DNA of 64,000 nt from Selaginella moellendorffii. Taxonomy: Eukaryota; Plantae; Lycopodiophyta. Made by a program: the position numbers and the translations under genes. How positions within the stretch are numbered: position 1 is the stretch's first letter; the number at the start of each line of letters is the position of its first letter. The stretch covers positions 118,417 to 182,416 of the forward strand of contig NW_003314281.1 of assembly GCF_000143415.4 (NCBI RefSeq), in the 5' to 3' direction. Below are positions 58,898-64,000 of this stretch, one piece after another. The notes beneath the pieces were generated by a model. That model was not told the DNA's origin, made no database searches, and worked only from the letters and a program-made list of their open reading frames with translations.

Positions 58898-60050
58898 TGG
58901 TGATGGAACTCTCTCGGGTGGAGCTCCTCTCTACCCGTCGATGGAAAGCCCTCATCCTCCTCTAAAGCAGCGGTACTCCTCTTTCTTCTCCTGGATTTTC
59001 TTCCCCAGCTTGTGATGACTTTGTTCTTATGGGATCGCTTTACCACCTCTTTCTCGCTATGAGATTTGTTGAGCTCTTGTAGCAGCGAAAGTTTTAGAAA
59101 TCACGCGAGTGAAGATCGCCGCGATCTCCGAGGAATCCTGCGAGAGTTATGGCCGGGTAGATGATCACTGCATAGAGCTTGTGCATTGGCCTGTCGATGG
59201 CGATTCAAAACCGGCAGCTTGAAGCGAGTATGCTACTCGGCTGCTGGAGAACAAAGAAACGAACTTTAGATACAAGCAAGGAAGACTATGGCATTGCCGA
59301 AGCTCCAAGAGTTCCATTGTGCTTCCACCTTAGAGACGATGCTTAGCCATTTTCCTCCTGGCTCGTCTTCTGCTCCAACTTCCGAGAATCCCGAGCTCCG
59401 CTTTGATTACGAATTCAGCAAACTGAGCCTCTCTCGCTCAAGGCCATTGCTTCCATGGAAGTCGAGCCACGACTGGAATCCAGACTCCACAGTATCGAGC
59501 TTCATGCGGCTGTTGATGCTTCTCCGGAAGATCCAGAAGACGGTGCACGTAAAAGTGTCTTCGCTGAACACTGGAACCATTGCTCGTGAGCTTGAAGATG
59601 CATGGCGAACCACTGTCACGGGTTCCGGAAAGTCAGTCTCCATACAGCACGAGCCCGGAGTCTCGGGTGCCAGACTTCCGTAACTCGGGCCAACTTACAG
59701 CATGAAGCCCCGGCTGCTATCACTGTCAAGACGCTCTTCAGCCTCGACTCCAGAGTCTCCAGAACACGTTTGTCCTGATCCATGGTAGAAGTTTTCGTGT
59801 CGTCGAGAAACTCTCGAACGCTGGGACCGCTCTGTTGAAAAGCTGCACTGACCATGCCCCTTCGAATATATCCTTTCTTCTCAAGGATAGTGTCGCCTCA
59901 CCTGCAAGCCATAAACCCGTCTGCAAAGATCTTCAACACTGCAACTTTCCTCGCCATCAGGTACTGTTCGTTGTTCGGTCATGGCAGCATCCTGAGCAAA
60001 GAAATCGAATCGAAAGAGTGAAGTTGTCAGCAAAAATCCGAGTGTGCTAA

Positions 60051-61055
60051 TCAACATAGTTTGTCTATGAATAATCGTGCTCCTGCTTGATCGCCATGCC
60101 AAAGTCCGCTCCAGGGGGCCACTCCCTCATACTCCGGCAGGCCGCCCTCAGTTTTAGCTCTCAGCATAACATTGCACAGGCGCAAGTCTCCGTGCACAAA
60201 ACCTTTCGAGTGTCCGGTGGCCGCAGCAGGAGCAATGCAGGACTTGATCTTGGCAAGATGATTTGTGTCTTTGCGAGCGCCTTCTACCACGTCCACTGCG
60301 GACACCCACCCAGCGTCACGAGAGAGGTACTCCATGCTTACCATCCACCAGTCCACGCTGATTTGCTTCACAGCTTTGAGCGCCAGTGCGTTCTCACCCG
60401 AGTAGCTCGACGCAAACTTGACTGCTTCCATCTCTCCGCTCGAGTTTCGAAGCGTGAAGAAGAGCTTGCTGTCATGCGGCTGTACGACGTTGTCAAGGTC
60501 CCTCAGCGGCCAAGGGATGGCCGTGCCTTGCAGCCTCGCGAGGAGTCCTTTGCGGCTCGCTTCCTCCACGAAGATGCGAATGGCCCTCCAGATCCGGGCA
60601 GTCGTCTTGAGCTGCTCAAAATTTCCATAGCACGTCGTCACTGCGACGGGCTCGGCCCAAACTCTGAGCTCGCTTTCCAGAGACGCAGCGACGACATGCA
60701 GGAGCCGGCCTTCCACGTTGATGGCGAGCGCGTATCCATGCCTCAAGTCCAGCGCGTCTCAAGTAATCCTCCAGATTCTCGAAAAAAGGATTTCCACCAG
60801 TTCCCGACTGGGGTTTCCAGTCCAGGAAGAGAACTCCCACCCTGTTCACCATCAGTATACCATCGGTTTCCACTCCTCCTTTAAGGACCCGGTATGGTGT
60901 AGGACTCTCCGGGAGGTAATCAGCCAAGAGCGTAGTTGTGATATTGTAGACCGCGTCATGGTGCTCCGTCACGTACTCGGGATCGTCTAGCGCATCCCAA
61001 AAGCTCTTGGCAAAGTTGATGTCCTTAGCTTCGATCTGGCTTGCACAAAGATCTC
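60051..61055 (-). pseudogene. Frameshifted gene with a PD-(D/E)XK-like domain fused to an atypical protein kinase (fungal/Crinkler-effector-like)
   Basis: ETDGIL...FLDWKPQSGTGGNPF; VKFASSY; WWMVSMEYL; FVHGDLRLCNVM; WPPGADFGMAIKQEHD in a shifted frame. It has frameshifts and lacks the segment between the catalytic loop and the tail. Confidence 0.6.
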
Positions 61056-61289
61056 AAGCATCCGAGTTTCCTCCGCTTTGCAGCATATCCTCACTCACCA
61101 TGTCTACTTAGAAAACCCTAAACTTTAGACAAAATTAGGATTTGTAAGCTATGGCAAATACAATAAAAGTGGTAAATAAAAAGTAAAGTAATTCTTCATT
61201 TATTTTAATGACGCATTTTTCATGAATAAAATTTTAAATTGTTTCAAGAATGAGTTCCATGACTTTTTGGATTCCGCAAGAACAAACAT

Positions 61290-61467
61290 CCCACCTCATT
61301 CACGAACAATATGCGCAGCTTTCACTCCTCCTTTAGGCCCCAAGTATGGTGTAAGAACTTCACCGAGTTACTAGCTCAGTCGTGATATTGTATACCGCGT
61401 CATAGTGCTCGGTCACATAGCTAGGATCGTCTATAGAGAACCCTAAAAGCTTGTCGACGTCCTTAGC
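61290..61467 (-). repeat. Diverged partial duplicate of 60836-61030 (N-terminal part of the nuclease-kinase relic)
   Basis: Shared blocks cactcctccttta, gtatggtgta, gtgatattgta.accgcgtcat.gtgctc, ggatcgtcta and gtccttagc occur in the same order. Confidence 0.75.
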
Positions 61468-61591
61468 CATGCTTGAAGTATATCAAGGCAAAGATAATTG
61501 TGCTACATCCGTTTCGACAGTACTACTATTCTCCCGGATATTCTGGTAGATGCTGGAATATGACGTTAGCCCCTGGTTTAAACCTTCGTCC

Positions 61592-63980
61592 ATGGCGTTG
61601 GCCGCATTTTCTTGCCCATTGCCGCTGTCTAGGGTTCTTGCGCAGCCTCGCGCGGGCTGGAATGGCGCCAGGGTTTGCTCCGATCGATCCGTGGCTGTGT
61701 GCGCGACCAGGAGCCGAGGGCGCAAGCCGCGACGAGGAGGCGATGGCGAGGGCGAGCACAGGTATGCGGATTCGGCAGGAAATGATCCGCCTGAGGCGGA
61801 GGGGCCCGAGGAGGCGTTCCAGCCGAGAAAGAATGGCGGACCGGATCAGGACAAGGCGGCGGTGAATGGCGTGGCGAACAGCTCGTCTATGTTCAACAAG
61901 CTCAAGGATTTGGGGGAGAGGTATGAAGCTTCTAAGGTTTCCAAGCGACGAGCAGCGAATGTGGTGGTGAAATCCTCGGAAGAATCCGATGGAAGTGAAG
62001 AGGAGGAAGAAAAGGGTGAAGGAGCACAAGCATCCATACCAGAGGAGGCTCCGCCCCCACCAAAGGTGAAAGTTGACAAGGACGATCCATCTTTCAACTT
62101 GGAGCTTGGAGAGCTCCAGGAGAGTGTGATCAAGGAACCGAGATTCAAGATGACACTCACGGAGCTCCTGGACGAAGCCAAAGTCGTGCCATTGTCTGTG
62201 GAAGGAGACTTGGACGTGATCATCTCTGGAATCCATCACGACTCCCGTCAAGTAAACTCGGGCGACATGTTCGTGTGCTGCATTGGAGAAACATCCGACG
62301 GCCATAGCTTCGTTCCTCAAGCAGCCGAGCAGGGAGCCGTGGTTATCGTCGCCACCAAAGAAGTGGAGATCGGTGAGAGCGTCAAGGCAGTGGTGATAGT
62401 CAGTGACACGAACTCGATCCTGTCGGCTCTCGCTGGTGCTTTCTATGGACGTCCGTCGGAAAGTTTGGCCGTGGTTGGCATCACAGGTACCAATGGCAAA
62501 ACGACTACGTCCTATCTTCTAAGAAGCATCTACGAGTCTATGGGACTAAAGACTGGTTTGATCGGTACCATATCTTACTCCATCCATGGAAAGCACAAGC
62601 AAGACGCTCCTCACACTACTCCCGACGCTGTTTATCTCCAGAAGTTGATGGCGACGATGGTTCATAACAGGACGGAGGTCTGCGTGATGGAGGTTTCGTC
62701 CCACGCTCTTGCTCAGGACCGGTGCAAGGAAATCGATTTCGACGTTGCGGTGTTTACGAATTTAACTCGGGATCATATGGACTACCACGAGAACGAGGAC
62801 AGTTACAAGGAAGCCAAGGGAAAGCTTTTCGCCAGCATGGTCGACCCTGCGAGGCACAGGAAAGTCGTTAACATAGACGATCCAAATGCAGGCTACTTCG
62901 TTTCGCTGGGAAATCCGAAAGTGCCAGTGGTTACGTTCGGCATGGAAAAGTCTGCTGATGTGCATCCTCTCGACATCCAACTTACACTGTTCGAGACGAA
63001 CGTTCTCGTCAAGACACCCCGAGGGAACATCGAGATATCGTCAGGCCTTTTGGGAAGACACAACGTGTACAACATTCTCGCGGCTGTTTCAGTGGGGATT
63101 GCTGTTGATGCTCCACTAGAAGATATTGTTCGCGGGATAGAAGAGGTGGACAGCGTTCCCGGAAGGGTCGAACTGGTGGACGAAGAACAGCCCTTCGCCG
63201 TCATCGTTGATTACGCGCACACTCCTGACGCTTTGTCTCGGCTTTTGGACACAGTACGAGAGTGTGGTCCACGGCGAATTATCACAGGTAAATTGTCTGC
63301 GCTGCGGAAAATTGTTTTCTTGTTCTAACTCTTGTGTGTTCTTGCCGTGCAGTTGTTGGCTGTGGAGGAGACAGAGATCGAGGAAAGCGACCAGTGATGG
63401 CTAAAATAGCTGCTGCAAAAAGCGAAGTTTGCATTTTTACTTCTGATAATCCGAGATCCGAGGACCCCCGTAAGTTTGAAGTTGTGCAAAGCGTGAGTTT
63501 GATCCACTTGTCTCTCTTTCTTTTCAACAGTGGAAATTCTGGACGACATGTTGGCTGGTGTCGGATGGTCGATGGACGAATATCTAAAGTGTGGCGAGAG
63601 GAGCTACTATCCTCCCATATGGAACGGCAACAGGGTGTTTGTCTACGATCTCCGAAAGATCGCCGTGCGAGCAGCGGTTGCCATGGGTGAAGAAGGGGAC
63701 GCAGTGGTAAGCATCTACTCGTGTGAATGACGTGAAGTTGTGCGATGGTTCTTCCAGGTTATAGCGGGCAAAGGACACGAGAAGTATCAAATCATCGGCA
63801 AGGAGAGGAAGTATCACGACGACCGTGAAGAATGCAGGGAAGCGCTCTTGCATGTGGACATGCTTCACGCGTCCGGAATCGATACGAGTGAAATCCCATG
63901 GAAGTAAGTTTTGGAACTTTCGAATTCTTGCCTCTAACAATTTTGATTGTGATTCCAGGTTCCCGGGACACAAGCTATAG
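61592..63980 (+). CDS. MurE: Plastid MurE-like ligase (long form), complete, multi-exon; an upstream in-frame ATG exists at 61550
   Basis: Transit-like [11 protein letters not shown]; HDSR; [10 protein letters not shown]; TTPDA; MEVSSHAL; [12 protein letters not shown]; VPGRVE; [10 protein letters not shown]; [12 protein letters not shown]; SDNPRSEDP; AGKGHE; DDREECR; stop TAG at 63978-63980. Confidence 0.95.
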
Positions 63981-64000
63981 ACAAGGTATGATTTTTACTT

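Noticed and set aside
46625-63980. Contamination or HGT explanation for the flagellar DRC4 and peptidoglycan MurE genes
   Set aside because: Both have host-style short introns and are expected in seed-free plants.
1-64000. CRISPR arrays, rRNA or tRNA genes
   Set aside because: No repeat-spacer structure or recognisable structural RNA was seen.

Overview
A 64 kb gene-dense eukaryotic nuclear window from a seed-free land plant, most likely the lycophyte Selaginella. This is an inference from the 43-70 nt introns, tiny intergenic gaps, a flagellar DRC4/GAS8 gene, short-repeat PLS-PPR genes and a plastid MurE. The left ~13 kb is accessory: an internally deleted Ty3/gypsy element with templated repair scars, a PPR remnant, an intronless F-box gene, gypsy and copia gag relics, and a two-exon small secreted Cys protein gene. 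Next come kinesin-4 (FRA1-type), S1FA and a CIP7-like gene. At 24.6-42.6 kb a divergent LHT-type transporter plus CYP74 oxylipin P450 cassette is tandemly repeated three times (one intact CYP74, one frameshifted, one relic), followed by a type II peroxiredoxin and two canonical LHT genes. The right part holds an LRR-VII receptor kinase, DRC4, two PPR genes, 6PGD, a six-exon thioredoxin-o-like gene lacking WCGPC (absent from the ORF track), ADA1, cytochrome b5, a decayed nuclease-kinase gene of fungal/Crinkler-like type and a complete long-form MurE. The strongest leads are the LHT-CYP74(-Prx) cluster, the atypical thioredoxin, the fungal-like secreted protein and the nuclease-kinase relic. All family assignments are by motif recognition only; no database searches were run.
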